From: Eledone cirrhosa
Lineage: Eukaryota
NCBI GenBank assembly: GCA_964016885.1
Contig: OZ024761.1
Coordinates: 3,844,001 to 3,908,000, forward strand
Direction: 5' to 3'
Length of the DNA stretch: 64,000 nucleotides
The position numbers and the translations under genes were made by a program. The notes under the pieces are model-generated. The model had not been told where the DNA came from, did no database searches, and worked only from the letters and a program-made list of their open reading frames with translations. Shown in pieces: positions 10,892 through 25,800 of this stretch (positions within the stretch are counted from its first letter, which is position 1; each line of letters starts with the position of its first letter).

Positions 10892-13800
10892 TATCATCAT
10901 CATCATCATCATCACCGTTTTACGTCCGTTCTTCCACGCTAGCATGGGTTAGACGGGTTGTCCTGTTGTGGGCAGTGTCTGGTCGGCTGACCATGCCTTG
11001 CTCATACAGGAACTGATCTGGCTTGATTTCTACAGCTGGATGCCCTTCCTAACACCAACCTCATTTACAGTGAGTGCTGGGTGCTTTTTCGTGGCGCCTA
11101 CACGTCCACTTTACAGTGTGGGCTGGGTGCTTTTTTGCCGTGGCACCTCCACGACCACCTTGCAGTGGGAGGGTGTCGGAGCATATTGTCTATATCCTTC
11201 AACTTGTACCCATGGGAGGTTGGGTACTCTGTATTACTGCGTGACGCCAGAAGTCACGGTCGTGTGTCATTGCCTTTGAGAGGTGTAATTGGGTAAGGTC
11301 GGCTTTTATCACCTCATCCCAGGTCATCTTGGGTCTCCCCACTCTGCGGTTTCCATCAACTTCTAGTGCTCTGCACCTTTTTATGCAGCTGACATCCTTC
11401 ATACGCATCACATGTCCATACCAGCGCAACTGCCTCTCCTGCACACAGCATTTGATTCCACTTATGCTCAGTCTCTCTCTCAATTCATTTATGCTTTGTC
11501 GTTCACGTATATTACTGTTACACATCCATCGGAGCATGCAGGCTTCGTTTCTCTCTAATCTACGTAAGTCTTCCACCTTCAGCGCCCAGGTCTCACTACC
11601 ATACAACATTGCTGTTCGGATACACGCATCATACAGTCTGTCTTTCATTCTGAGGGAGAAGCCTTTTGCAGCTAGCAGTGGTAGTAGTTCCCTAAACTTC
11701 TTCCATCCCGTTCTTACCGTAGTTATTGTACTTTCTGAACACCCACCTCCGCTGCTAATTCGGTCACCTAGGTAGCAGAAGCTGTCTACTGTTTCTACAG
11801 AGCCCTCCCAGAGATTGGTGGTACTTGTTTCCTGTGGCTGTTTGCTGCTTGCTGTCCCAGCACAGCTTCTACATGTGAAGCCTACATTCTTAATTAAGCT
11901 TCCTGAGATACCGCTACATCTCTTGTGTACCCATTGTTTGCATTTGGGGCAGAGAATGGAGTTCCTACCTACACCTTTCCTACATACTGAGCAAGGCCAT
12001 TTCCCTGAGGGGATCTGGGTTCTGCTTTCTCGTCTACTTACAAGGACCTTAGTCTTTGTCATGTTGACTTTGAGACCCTTTCTTTCTAGTCCTATATATA
12101 TATATATATATATACAAATAGTAATAATAATAAATTTGAAGACTAAAATCCAAAGAGGGCTCGATAAGGATAAATATGTATCAAATATATAAGAACCGTA
12201 GAGCAAATATTTATTAAATACTAATATATATATATATATATATATATATTAGATAGATAGATAAATTCTGATAAAGATAAATTCACCTCCCGCTGCAGGA
12301 CGAGAATGCAAGGACCCCTCTTTATTTCAGACATGGATGACCAACATAATTCCGTCTCCCACACCCCTCCCTGCCCCTCCAACCCATCCATCCCACCCTC
12401 CCAACTTCAGAGTTGGTACCATGAACGTAGCCACATTGAAAGGTCGCTCAAATGAGGTTGTAGAGATGCTTGAATGTAAAGAAGTTGATGTTTGTTGTAT
12501 TCAAGAGACTAGGTAGAGAGGAGGGGGGGGGGGTCTGCCAGATTCATCGTGGGTAAAAAACGATGCTATAAACTTTTCTGGGTGGAAAATGACAATGGAC
12601 TGGGTGGTGTAGGAATTATGTTAGCTGAAAAATGGGTAGATAAGGTAATTGACGTAAATAGAGTAAATGACAGAATATTTAAAATAAGGCTAGTTCTAAA
12701 TAGAACTACCATGACAATAATATCCGTTTATGCACCCCAATCTGGTCTACCTGACGTTATAAAGGACAGGTTCTATGAGATGCTAATGCACACTACCTCC
12801 CAAATAACCAACAGCGACTACTTAATTATTGCTGGCGATCTAAACGGCCACGTTGGACAACATAGTGATGGCTATGATGGAATCTATGGAGGCTATGGGG
12901 TTGGAAATAGAAATGAAGAGGGCTTCAGAATCCTGGAATTCTGTGACACTAATAACCTAACTATCTGTAACACAAACTTCAAAACACGAGAAAACCACTT
13001 GATTACCTATAGATCAGGGGAACACGCCAGCCAGATAGATTATATCCTTACTAGAAGACGGGACAAAGTGTCTGTTGTAAACACTAAATCTCTCCCCTGT
13101 GAAGAATGCACCTCCCAACATAGCCTAGTAGTTAGTGACCTCACAGCCAGGAATAGATGAACTCGATGACAGAGGAGGCCTACCTTGAGGAGAAGAATAT
13201 GGAAGTTGAAGGACCCCATAGCCAGTGACAAATTTAAAAGCTTATTACTTGATGCCTTTGACAATAAGGAAGAGCAATTAGAGACGTACGATATAGAGGA
13301 ACAGTGGCAATTCTTGAAAGTGAACCTGCTGAAAGCAACGGATGAAATCTGTGGCTGGAGCAGACCTATTGGCAGGAGGAGAGTAACTTGGTGGTGGAAC
13401 AGTAAGGTGGAGGAGACAATCAAGGCCAAAAAACAGGCTTGGAAAGCATGGTAGGATGGCGGAAGTAGAGAGCACTATCAAGTGGCCAGGAGAGAAGCTA
13501 GGAGACAATTGTACCTTGCAAAAAGGGAAGCAGAGGATAGAAAGTTCAAGCATGTTCTACAATGTGAGGAACAAAAATGTGAGGTGTTCAGGATTGCTAG
13601 ACAATGTGTCAAGGAAAACCATGATATTGTCGGGGAGAAGTGTGTCCGTAATGATAACGGTGTAATTGCTATCATTGATACTGATAAGATAGCCTGGAAG
13701 TGTCACTACGAGAGACTATTAAATGAGGAGAATAAGTGGGAAAAAGATAGTCTGCTCCAAATTGATCCAATAGAAGGACCAGCGGTGCAAGTTAAAGGTA

Positions 13801-16450
13801 GTATAATAAGTAAGGCAATCAAAGATATGAAGACAGGCAAGGCAGCTGGGCCTTCGGAGATAGTTGCTGAGATGCTGAAGGCATCTGGAATGGTGGGACA
13901 TGCTATGGTCACCCGTATAGTTAAGCAACACAGAATGGGGTCATACCAAAAGACTGGCATAGCAGCATCATCATTAACTGCTACAAGGGTAAAGGGGATG
14001 CTCTAGATAGGGGAAACTATAGAGGCATTAAGTTAGTTGACCAGGTCGTGAAGGTCACAGAAAGAGTTATAGCACAACTAATCAGAGAGCGAATTGATCT
14101 AGATGAAATGCAGTTTGGGTTTGTGTCAGGTAAAAGTACCACAGACGCTCTTTTCCTTGTATGACAACTACAAGAGAAGTACCTAGCTAAAAGTAAACCC
14201 CTCTACTTAGTTTTTGTAGACCTGGAGAAAGCCTTTGACAGAGTCCCCCACTCTATTATCTGGTGGGCTCTTAGAAAACTAGGTGTAGATGAATGGCTTG
14301 TGAGAACTATACAAGCTATGTATAATGAAACAGTCAGTAAGGTTAGAATTAAGAATGAATATTGTGAAGAATTTAGTGTAAAAGTTGGCGTTCATCAAGG
14401 CTCTGTCCTTAGCCCCCTCCTATTTATTATTACCTTTCAGGCTATATCAAAGAAGTTCAAGACCGGCTGCCCATGGGAACTTCTATACGCAGATGATCTA
14501 ACTCTCATAGCTGAATCTATGAGAAGAAATTCCAAAAGTACAGTAGAAGAAATTCTGAAAGTACAGTAGCCAGAGTCAGAACGGGATGAAAAAAGTTGAG
14601 AGAGCTTATACTGCTGTTGGCCACAAAAGGTTTCTCTCTAAAAATGAAAGGCGGATTGCATGATGCCTGTATACGAACAGCAATGCTACATGGCAGTGAA
14701 ACATGGGCATTATGCGCAGAGGACCTGTCAGACTGGAAAGGAACGAAGCATGCATGCTCCGTTGGGTGTGTAATAGTAATATACGTGAACGGCAAAGCGT
14801 AAATGAACTAAGTGAGAAATTAGGAATAAGAGGGATCAGATGCTGTTTACTTGAGAGAAGACTACGTTGGTATGGCCACATGATACGCATGAAAGACGAC
14901 AGCTGTATAAAAAAGTGCAGGGCAATCAAAATTGATGGTAGTTATGGAGTAGGTAGACCCAGAAAAACCTGGGACGATCTGATAAATTCTGACCTTACAC
15001 ACTTGCACCTCTCTAAGACAATGTCACTGGACCGAGATCTTTGGCGCTACGCAGTAATACAGAAGACCCGCCTTGCCTATGTACAAAGCGAAACCTACAG
15101 TCATTAGGCACCTCTTAACTAAATATACACCCCAATCCACTACCCCTACCCTATCCTCCCACTCCCACCATCACCACCCTCTCTCTCTGTAAAGTTGGTA
15201 CCGCAACATCCAGTCCAAATAAATGAGATAATGAGATCGAGATCGTGTAGGTGTCACAACAAAAAAAAACATACAGTCCACGCTGTAATGTGGCCGGGTA
15301 GGTAACACAGTAAAAAGTTCCCAGTCCACACTGTAAATGTGGTTAGTGTTAGGAAGGGCATCCAGACGTAGAAAACCTGCCAGATAGTCCTATATGAGCG
15401 AGACATGGTCACCCGACCAACCTTGCCTCAAGTGGGACAACTCCCATCTAACCCATTCTAGCGCGGAAGATGGATGTTAAACGAAGATGATGATGATGAC
15501 ACACGTACATATATACATATATATATATGTATGTATGGGTTATATCAAACATTAATAATAATGTTCGATTCGTTTGTAAACAAATGACCTAATTAGAAGC
15601 TGTGTCAGTGACCGATCATCACCTGTTAGTTCAACACTGGCATTGAGGAACAATCAACAAGTTTCTGGGTCATTACCCTTCATCAGGACTGTATATCTCT
15701 GCCAGTCTGTTGAACGGTTGAAAATATATAGTATTTCCTGAAGTACACATCAGCTGAGTAGCCTCATTTGCATACCGAGTGAGTTATGACTGTGTGGTAC
15801 CCTGGGTCTTCAGTCCCACTGTGAGGTACCCTGGGTATATTCTACCCTACCTCCAGTGTGGTACCCTGGGTATCTACCCTACCTCCAGTCCCACTGTGTG
15901 GTACCCTGGGTATCTTCTGCTCTACCTTCAGTTCCAGACTGGTACTAGCTGTTGAATGGCAAGGGCAGAGCTGTCAGGATCAGACACTTTATAATATATA
16001 TATATATATACTAGCAGAATGACTCGGCGTTGCTCGGGATTTGCTCTAGGGTTCTTATATATTTGATATATATTTATCCTTATCGAGCCTCGTGAAATAA
16101 ATACGTTTGTTTATATTTTGTTATTGTGTATGCAAAAATATCTGTACACGAATATATAATTATATATATATGTAATAAACAACATAAGATGATTATTTCA
16201 TTTACCAGTGGTTTCTTGAAAGCAAATAAATCTGCTTTCAGTAGTCAGAATGAAAAAATCCTGGTGTTTTTATTGAATGTGGATTTGAAAAACAAAAATA
16301 TTAGAAATATGACAGTGAGGCTGAAGGAAGAAGAAAAAAAGATAATAAATATAAAAGTATATAAACACACACACACACATACACACATATATATACACAC
16401 ATATATATATATATAAATATACATACACATACACATAAATACACAAATAC

Positions 16451-16484
<34 letters not shown>

Positions 16485-16787
16485 ATATATATATATATAA
16501 CATATACATATATATATATATAATTATAAAAATAAATAAATAAAGATAAATAAACGAATATAATGCATATACTAAAGTAAGCAGTCACATCACCTTACAC
16601 AGACAAAATACATATACATGAAATCAAAATAATAAATAAATAAAAGTAAAATATAAAGTCAAATATAAAAATTAAAAAATATTTATTTATTTTTATAATT
16701 ATTTATATATATGTATATATATATATGTATATATGTATGTGTGTGTATTTATATATATATATGTATATATCTATATATATATCTATA

Positions 16788-16820
<33 letters not shown>

Positions 16821-19800
16821 GTTCTTTAGGTTGTTTTGGAAGCCTCAACAATGCAGATGGGTAATTCTCCGGGTAACAGCATCCGGTGGTGAAGAGAGAG
16901 ATGTAAGGGAGTGTAGAACGAGATGTATAGTGTGTAGAGGAACGTAGGAAAGAGTGTAAAAAATAAAAATAATTGTTTCTACTTTTGGCACAAAGCCTAC
17001 CGATTACCCAGTACATTACTGGTACTTTATTTTATCGACCCCGTAAGTATGAAAGGCAAAGTTAACCTCGGCGAGATTTGAACTCAGAATGGCAAGGGGC
17101 GTAACTCTATGCATCAAAGCATGGCGTCCGACCCTCTACCGATACTGCCAATCCACCGCCCTAGAATTAATAATTGTTTCTACTTTTGGTACAAGGCCAG
17201 CAACTATAGAGTTACCTTGGGAGAGATTTAATTGTCCCTATATATTTCGGATTCATATCCATCAACTGGGGGATTTTCCAGGGTGGGGGAAGGTTATCTG
17301 TCAGATAGGAGTGATACGTGTCCTCTGCTGTTCGTTGTTTTGAATATCTGAGGTATTCAGCAGAGCGCGCCCGCGCGAAATGGGATCGGTCAAACAGAGG
17401 TCGGCGGCCGAAATAGTTCTTTTAATTGTGGGAGTGGGGTGGCGTTAGCTGTCAATCCATTGTATTATCTGCCCGTGCTGGTTTCAGTATTGGCAGTGTT
17501 GAATAGTGTCTGGTGGGGGTAGTATTCTCTACCTGTTTGGTGAATGTTAATGTATGTGTGTGTGTGTGTGTGTTGTTGTCTCGCTTGTGTGTGTGGGTGT
17601 GCGTGTGTTGTTGCCTTGTTTGTTTAAACCAACCACCTCATTTCACTTCTCTCGGATCGGTTATTTATTTGTGGCTCTAGGCGTTTGATCCAAAGTGCTT
17701 CCTTGATTCGTAATGTGCGATGTTTTGTTCCGTCGCTAGCACTGTAACAATGGGCCTTCCGCCTTTGTTTCCACATTTGGTTATGTGTTTCCGGAAAGAC
17801 GAGTCCCTGGTGTTAATGTGCTCCTTGATCCGGATGTGTAGCGGCCGGATTGTGCTACAAGTAGTGGTTGCACTTGTTGCATTCTATCTTATACACGACG
17901 TATGTGCGTAGGCAACAGTTCGTATGGCGCATCGGGCAGTTTCTGAGAGAGCACGCGTCAGTCGGTTTCCCGGGTTTCCTGGAGAAGCATCTTCGCAGGG
18001 AGGGGCCCAAGTGGGCCAGGTGGATGTCGAGGGCCTCCCTCCGTATAGCCCTGCGGATAGCGTTGTTGGTATTCTCGCCAGGTGTGGTATTTTAAGGAAG
18101 CATTTGTCTTGGGTGTTTCTCTGCCTCTTGCGTCTGGTGTCTCTTATTTTGTTTGTGCGTGAGGCAGGGTACCCATTCGTCTCCAGCACTTTGAGGAATC
18201 GCTTGGTATGGGTGACACCACTCGCGGGATCGCTGCATCTGTTTTTAATTCGCGTGATCTCATTCGTGATGTACCCTCTTTTAGCACTGTTAGGGAGGGC
18301 AGACTTGTAGTGGACGAACAGGTCCCTGCAGGCTGCCTTGCGGTAGAAGTTGGTGTGGATCCCTCCCTGTTCCATGATGTTGATTCGGAAGTCGAGAAGG
18401 GCAAGTGACCCATCGTCGCTGGGGTGTTCAACAATGAAATCAATGTTCTCTTCCATGTTGTTGAACGTCTCATAGATTCTGTTTTTTACGTTCTTTCCTA
18501 CGTTCTTCTACACACTAATTCACTTACATCTCTCTCTTCACCACTGGATCTTGTTACCCGGAGAATTACCCATGTGCATTGTTGAGGCTTCCAAAACGAC
18601 CTAAAGAAAATATATCTTATTATTCCACAATATTTCAAGCAAACTTCAATACTCTCATATATATATATCTGTATTTGTGTATTTATGTGTATGTGCATGT
18701 ATATTTATATATATATATATACATACATATATATATATAGTTTTTGTGTGTTGTGTGCTGTGTATTTGGGCTGCACATGCGTTATATCTGGTTTTGTGTG
18801 TGTTTTTATTTATTTATCTATATGTTTATTTACTTGTCACTAGTTATTTGTTTGTTCTATCTGTGTGTGTCTGGTTTATTTTATTATGTGGACTCCTGAA
18901 GATATGTCAAACAAATACCTCGTATGTATCGTGGTAAGGCCCACCTATACATGTAGGTCTCTACATATGTAGAGTAAAGATATGTTTTAAGTATAACTTG
19001 CTTCTTTTTCTATTGATATATATATACCCCACTCCCCACTGACATATATATATATATGTATATATATATGTCAGGGGTCTGAGCTGAAATCTAGAGGGTA
19101 GCAAAATGAACTCCTTAACCCTTTAGTATTTAAACCAGCCTATCTGCTCAGAATTCTCTCCTCTTTCTGTTCAAACCAGTTGTAACTGGCTACTCATACT
19201 AGGGTATTGTACTCAAAATAAATAATATCAAAATCTCATAGTTTCGATAGTATGTGAGGTAAAGCCTTTACTGTGAAAATACAATAGTATATATAGAGTA
19301 ATGTAAATGTTATGTGGGATATTATGTGAGGTAAAGCCTTTACTGTGAAAATACGATAGTATATATAGTGTAATGTAAATGTTATGTGAGATATTATGTG
19401 AGGTAAAGCCTTTACTGTGAAAATGCAATAGTATATATAGAGTAATGTAAATGTTATGTGAGATATTATGTGAGGTAAAGTCTTTATTGTGAAAATACAA
19501 TAGTATATATAGAGTAATGTAAATGTTATGTGAGATATTATGTGAGGTAAAGCCTTTACTGTGAAAATACAATAGTATATATAGAGTAATGTAAATGTTA
19601 TGTGAGATATTATGTGAGGTAAAGCCTTTACCATGAAAATACAATAGTATATATAGAGTAATGTAAATGTTATGTGAGATATTATGTGAGGTAAAGCCTT
19701 TACCATGAAAATACAATAGTATATATAGAGTAATGTAAATGTTATGTGAGATATTATGTGAGGTAAAGCCTTTACCATGAAAATACAATAGTATATATAG

Positions 19801-22800
19801 AGTAATGTAAATGTTATGTGAGATATTATGTGAGGTAAAGCCTTTACCATGAAAATACAATAGTATATATAGAGTAATGTAAATGTTATGTGAGATATTA
19901 TGTGAGGTAAAGCCTTTACTGTGAAAATACAATAGTATATATAGAGTAATGTAAATGTTATGTGAGATATTATGTGAGGTAAAGCCTTTACTGTGAAAAT
20001 ACAATAGTATATATAGAGTAATGTAAATGTTATGTGAGATATTATGTGAGGTAAAGCCTTTACCATGAAAATACAATAGTATATATAGAGTAATGTAAAT
20101 GTTATGTGAGATATTATGTGAGGTAAAGCCTTTACCATGAAAATACAATAGTATATATAGAGTAATGTAAATGTTATGTGAGATATTATGTGAGGTAAAG
20201 CCTTTACTGTGAAAATACAATAGTATATATAGAGTAATGTAAATGTTATGTGAGATATTATGTGAGGTAAAGCCTTTACCATGAAAATACAATAGTATAT
20301 ATAGAGTAATGTAAATGTTATGTGAGATATTATGTGAGGTAAAGCCTTTACCATGAAAATACCAAAGTATATATAGAGTAATGTAAATGTTATGTGAGAT
20401 ATTATGTGAGGTAAAGCCTTTACTGTGAAAATACAATAGTATATATAGAGTAATGTAAATGTTATGTGAGATATTATGTGAGGTAAAGCCTTTACTGTGA
20501 AAATACAATAGTATATATAGAGTAATGTAAATGTTATGTGAGATATTATGTGAGGTAAAGCCTTTACTGTGAAAATACAATAGTATATATAGAGTAATGT
20601 AAATGTTATGTGAGATATTATGTGAGGTAAAGCCTTTACCATGAAAATACAATAGTATATATAGAGTAATGTAAATGTTATGTGAGGTAAAGCCTTTACT
20701 GTGAAAATACAATAGTATATATAGAGTAATGTAAATGGTGTGAGATATTATGTGAGGTAAAGCCTTTACTGTGAAAATACAATAGTATATATAGAGTAAT
20801 GTAAATGGTAAATGGTTAACTACATATTTTTGTTTGTTTGTTTTTGCAGTGATATCAGTCGAACAGAGACCTTAACCACAAAACAAAGATCTTTACCTAT
20901 AGCTGAGTCACAACCAGGAAATATACAATGGCTCCTTGATGAAATTCACAAGCTGGAGATTACACACACCCGTCACAAGCTGCAGTTTCGAGAGCCGACC
21001 ATATTTGAGTACCATCACTTCAATGACCTTGAAAATGTTCTCAACACCATTGTCAGCATGTGTCCTCATATTACACATCTTTACTCTGTGGGCAAGTCAG
21101 TTGAGAAGAGGGACCTTTGGGTGCTAGAAATCACCCAGGACCCAGGTATTCATAAACCAGGTGAGATTTAGCAGAAAATATTGAAAAAAAAATGTCTTTG
21201 TTTTCTTCAGATGTTTATAGTATCTTTATTGGTGGAGAGATTGTTGGGAAAATGTGCAGTAATATCTCTTACCATTCCGACCCTCTACCGATACTGCCAA
21301 AGGGGGTGGATTGGCAGTATCGGTAGAGGGTCGGACACCATGCTTTGCAGCAAAGAGTTATGGCCCTTTACGGTCTGAGTTCAAATCCCGCCGAGGTTAA
21401 CTATGCCTTTCATCCTTACGGGGGTCGATAAAATAAAGCACCAGTAATACACTGGGGTAAGTGCTGGCCTTGTGCTAAAAGTAGAAACAATTATCTCTTA
21501 ACATTCTGTAAAGATTCAGTAGAAAATATCTAAAAACAATAAAGCCTGTTTGTTAATTCAAATGTTTATAGTATCTTAACCAATGGACATTGTGAAAATT
21601 TGCAATATTAGATTACAGACTTTCATTTTTAATGTGATGAGGTAAGAGTGCTGTTTTCTACAAGAATATCTCACTAGTGAGGTTTCATGTCATACAGGGT
21701 GTTTGGAGTTAAAGTACTCAATATCTCACTAGTGAGGTTTCATGTCATACAGGGTGTTTGGAGTTAAAGTACTCAATATCTCACTAGTGAGGTTTCATGT
21801 CATACAGGGTGTTTGGAGTTAAAGTACTCAATATCTCACTAGTGAGGTTTCATGTCATACAGGGTGTTTGGAGTTAAAGTACTCAATATCTCACTAGTGA
21901 GGTTTAATGTCCTACAGGGTGTTTGGAGTTAAAGTACTCAATATCTCACTAGTGAGGTTTCATGTCATACAGGGTGTTTGGAGTTAAAGTACTCAATATC
22001 TCACTAGTGAGGTTTCATGTCATACAGGGTGTTTGGAGTTAAAGTACTCAATATCTCACTAGTGAGGTTTAATGTCATACAGGGTGTTTGGAGTTAAAGT
22101 ACTCAATATCTCACTAGTGAGGTTTAATGTCATACAGGGTGTTTGGAGTTAAAGTACTCAATATCTCACTAGTGAGGTTTAATGTCATACAGGGTGTTTG
22201 GAGTTAAAGTACTCAATATCTCACTAGTGAGGTTTCATGTCATACAGGGTGTTTGGAGTTAAAGTACTCAATATCTCACTAGTGAGGTTTAATGTCATAC
22301 AGGGTGTTTGGAGTTAAAGTACTCAAATCTAAATTCAAACTTTAGACAGATGATGTTAGAGTGGAGTAGTTAATATAATTACTTTATATTACTACTAAAG
22401 TTAAATCCCGCCGAGGTTAACTTTGCCTTTCATCCTTACGGGGTCGATAAAATAAAGTACCAGTAATACACTGGGTAATTGCTGGCCTTGTTCCTAACGT
22501 AGAAACAATTACTAAGTTAAAGTAAAGAGTAGTAAATTAACTAAATCGTTAGAGCTTCTTCTTCTTCATCGTGAGAGGGTCGTGGGGGAAGAGTCTTCAA
22601 ACACTCCCTCCAGTGGGTCCTGTCAGAAGCAACCCTCTCCAACTGATCTGGCTGGATCCCCAAGAGTGGCCAGTAAAACTCGTGGATGTTATCCAACCAT
22701 CTTGATCAGGGTCTACCCCTGGGTCTCTTGCTGGTTCCCTTGCCCATAAAATCTGTCCATTGTTGCAGAACTGAGAAGATATAATTAGTTCCACAAGATG

Positions 22801-25800
22801 GTTAAGTGAAAGAATCACAACCAGAACTGTAAAGCTCACCATATTGGTATTTACAAAGAGACACCGATGCCCTTCCATGAATGGTGTTGACAGGAAGTAT
22901 TTGAGGAATCTGTGGTTTGCTCGAATCGTTAGTTGCAGCACTGAGTTATGACTCTTTACATTCTGTACAAAGTCATCTAAACCTACGTAGGTATGAGTTA
23001 TAACAACAACAATATGATAGGAATTGGGGGCCCCTATTGTTAAAAAACTTGAAAGACCTACTATGAGATACAACCTTGTTTTGAGGCTAGCTAAATTTAC
23101 ATAAGAGCTATAACAACATTATATATATATGTATATAATAAGACTGAGGGCCCTATCATTAAATCATCCAAGAAACTTATGAATTACATGAGGCCAGCTA
23201 AACCTACATAGGTGTGAGCTGAACTGGGCCCTATCATTAAAATACTAGAAAAATCTTCTATGGGATACAACCTTGTAGGAGGCCAGCTAAACCTACATAG
23301 GTGTGAGCTGAACTGGGTCCTATCATTAAAATACTAGAGAAATCTTCTATGAGATACAACCTTGTAGGAGGCCAGCTAAACCTACATAGGTGTGAGCTGA
23401 ACTGGGCCCTATCATTAAAATACTAGAGAAATCTTCTATGGGATACAACCTTGTAGGAGGCCAGCTAAACCTACATAGGTGTGAGCTGAACTGGGCCCTA
23501 TCATTAAAATACTAGAGAAATCTTCTATGAGATACAACCTTGTAGGAGGCCAGCTAAACCTACATAGGTGTGAGCTGAACTGGGCCCTATCATTAAAATA
23601 CTAGAGAAATATTCTATGGGATACAACCTTGTAGGAGGCCAGCTAAACTTACATAGGTGTGAGCTGAACTGGGCCCTATCATTAAAATACTAGAGAAATC
23701 TTCTATGAGATACAACCTTGTAGGAGGCCAGCTAAACCTACATAGGTGTGAGCTGAACTGGGCCCTATCATTAAAATACTAGAGAAATCTTCTATGAGAT
23801 ACAACCTTGTAGGAGGCCAGCTAAACCTACATAGGTGTGAGCTGAACTGGGCCCTATCATTAAAATACTAGAGAAATATTCTATGGGATACAACCTTGTA
23901 GGAGGCCAGCTAAACTTACATTACTGAAGGCTGTAAATTTAATTTTTCTTCTTTTATTTTGTTTTGTAGGCAAGCCAGAGTTTCGGTACATTGCTAACAT
24001 GCATGGTAATGAAGTAGTTGGTCGAGAAATGCTGTTGCTTTTGGCACAGCTTCTCTGTGAGAACTACGGCAGCAATTCTCTGTTGACAAGTTTGGTGAAC
24101 ACAATCAGGATCCATATAATGCCCTCCATGAACCCAGATGGTTTTGAAATGGCCACAACAGGTCTGTCTTGCAGAAATCTCTATATTTTTGTTGTTTATT
24201 TTTTTGTCCTTTACTTGTTCTTTTTAATTTATCATGTTGGGGCAGGTGTGTGAGCGTGGGGTGTTTGCATGTGTGGGTTGTTTTAGTATGGGTGTGCCTG
24301 TGAGGGGTTGAAATAGGTGTAGCATAGATGAGTGTATCTTCGTCTTCGCCACTTATTTCTGAGAGAGCCGTGGGGGTAGAGTCCTCAACCACTCCCTCCA
24401 GTGGGTCCTGTCAGAAGCAACCGTCTCCAACTGATCCGGCTGGATCTCCAAGCAAGACCAACTAAGCTCTTGGATGTTATCCAACCATCTTGCTCGGGGT
24501 CTACCCCTGGTGCAGTAATGTGCCAACTTCGGCATTCAGTAATCTGAAGAAGGGAGGTAGGTGTAAAAGTCAAACTCGGTGTCTTTAATTTGGTTTTCAT
24601 GCCAACCCTTACCTTTGGCCATGAATCTTTGGTAATGACCGAAAGAATATGATCACAAATACAAGCGGCCGAAACGGGGGATTCCTCCAAAGAGTCTTTG
24701 GAGTAACAGTACTCAATAGTGTGTATAGCTTGGAGATGAGAGAGTCACTCCAGGTAGAGCCGCTACTTGTCTGAATTGAGAGATCACAACTCCCATACTA
24801 TGGACATGTGGTTAGAATGTCTCAGGAAAGAATCGCTGGACAGATTTTATGGGCGAAATCAACAGGTAGAGGTCCCAGAGGTAGATCCTGAGTAAGATGG
24901 TTGGATAACATCCATGAGCTTGGCTGGTCTCACTTGGGGATCCAGCTGGATCAGTTGAAGGCAGCTGCTTCTGACAGGACCCGCTGGAAGGAGTGTTGGA
25001 GGTATCTGTCTCCATGACCCTCTCAGGAATAAGTGGATGAAGAAGAAGAAAATTACTATCTTCAGCCAGCATTTAACCCTTTACCATTTACATTACTCTA
25101 TATTGTATAATTGTATTTTCATGGTAAAGGCTTTACCTCACATAATATCGAATATATGAGATTTTGATATCATTTATTTTGAGAATAATACCTTAACATC
25201 AGTATGAGTGGCTGGTTATGGTCAGTTTGAACAGAAAGAGGTGAGAGAATTCTGGCTGGATATGACTGGTTTGAAAGCTAAAGAATTAACGCTCTCATGA
25301 CTATATTTCAAATGAGATATACTCTATTTACTTAATGAAAACCTCTGAGGAACTTATTATAACTATAAATTATTTCATTACTAAAATCATAACCCATGGT
25401 ATGGTTCTTATATAAACATTATGTTGTAAGATTTTAATTTAAATGACTCTTTAACCCAAACAAGGGTCGGCTGAAAAGTTCATATGCTGACCAAGATACT
25501 CTCATGAAATGACCAAATGTAGTTTATTTGTCAACATAATCCCTGGAAAGTAACGATGCAGTTATTAATATGTGCTGAAATTAATGCATGCAAGATTCCA
25601 TATAGGTCAGCCTGTGAACTTTTCAACGAACCCTCATATTTCTAATGAAATACTTTCATCATTGTCATCATCATCATCATCATTTAATGTCTATCTTCCA
25701 CGCTAGCATGGGTTTAGACGGGAATTGTCCCACTTGAGGCAAGATTGGTCGGGTGACCGTGTCTCGCTCATATAGAACTGTATCTGGCAGGTTTTCTATG

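Noticed and set aside
19228-20712. 494-aa and 468-aa ORFs
   Set aside because: Translations of the stop-free 72-bp tandem unit.
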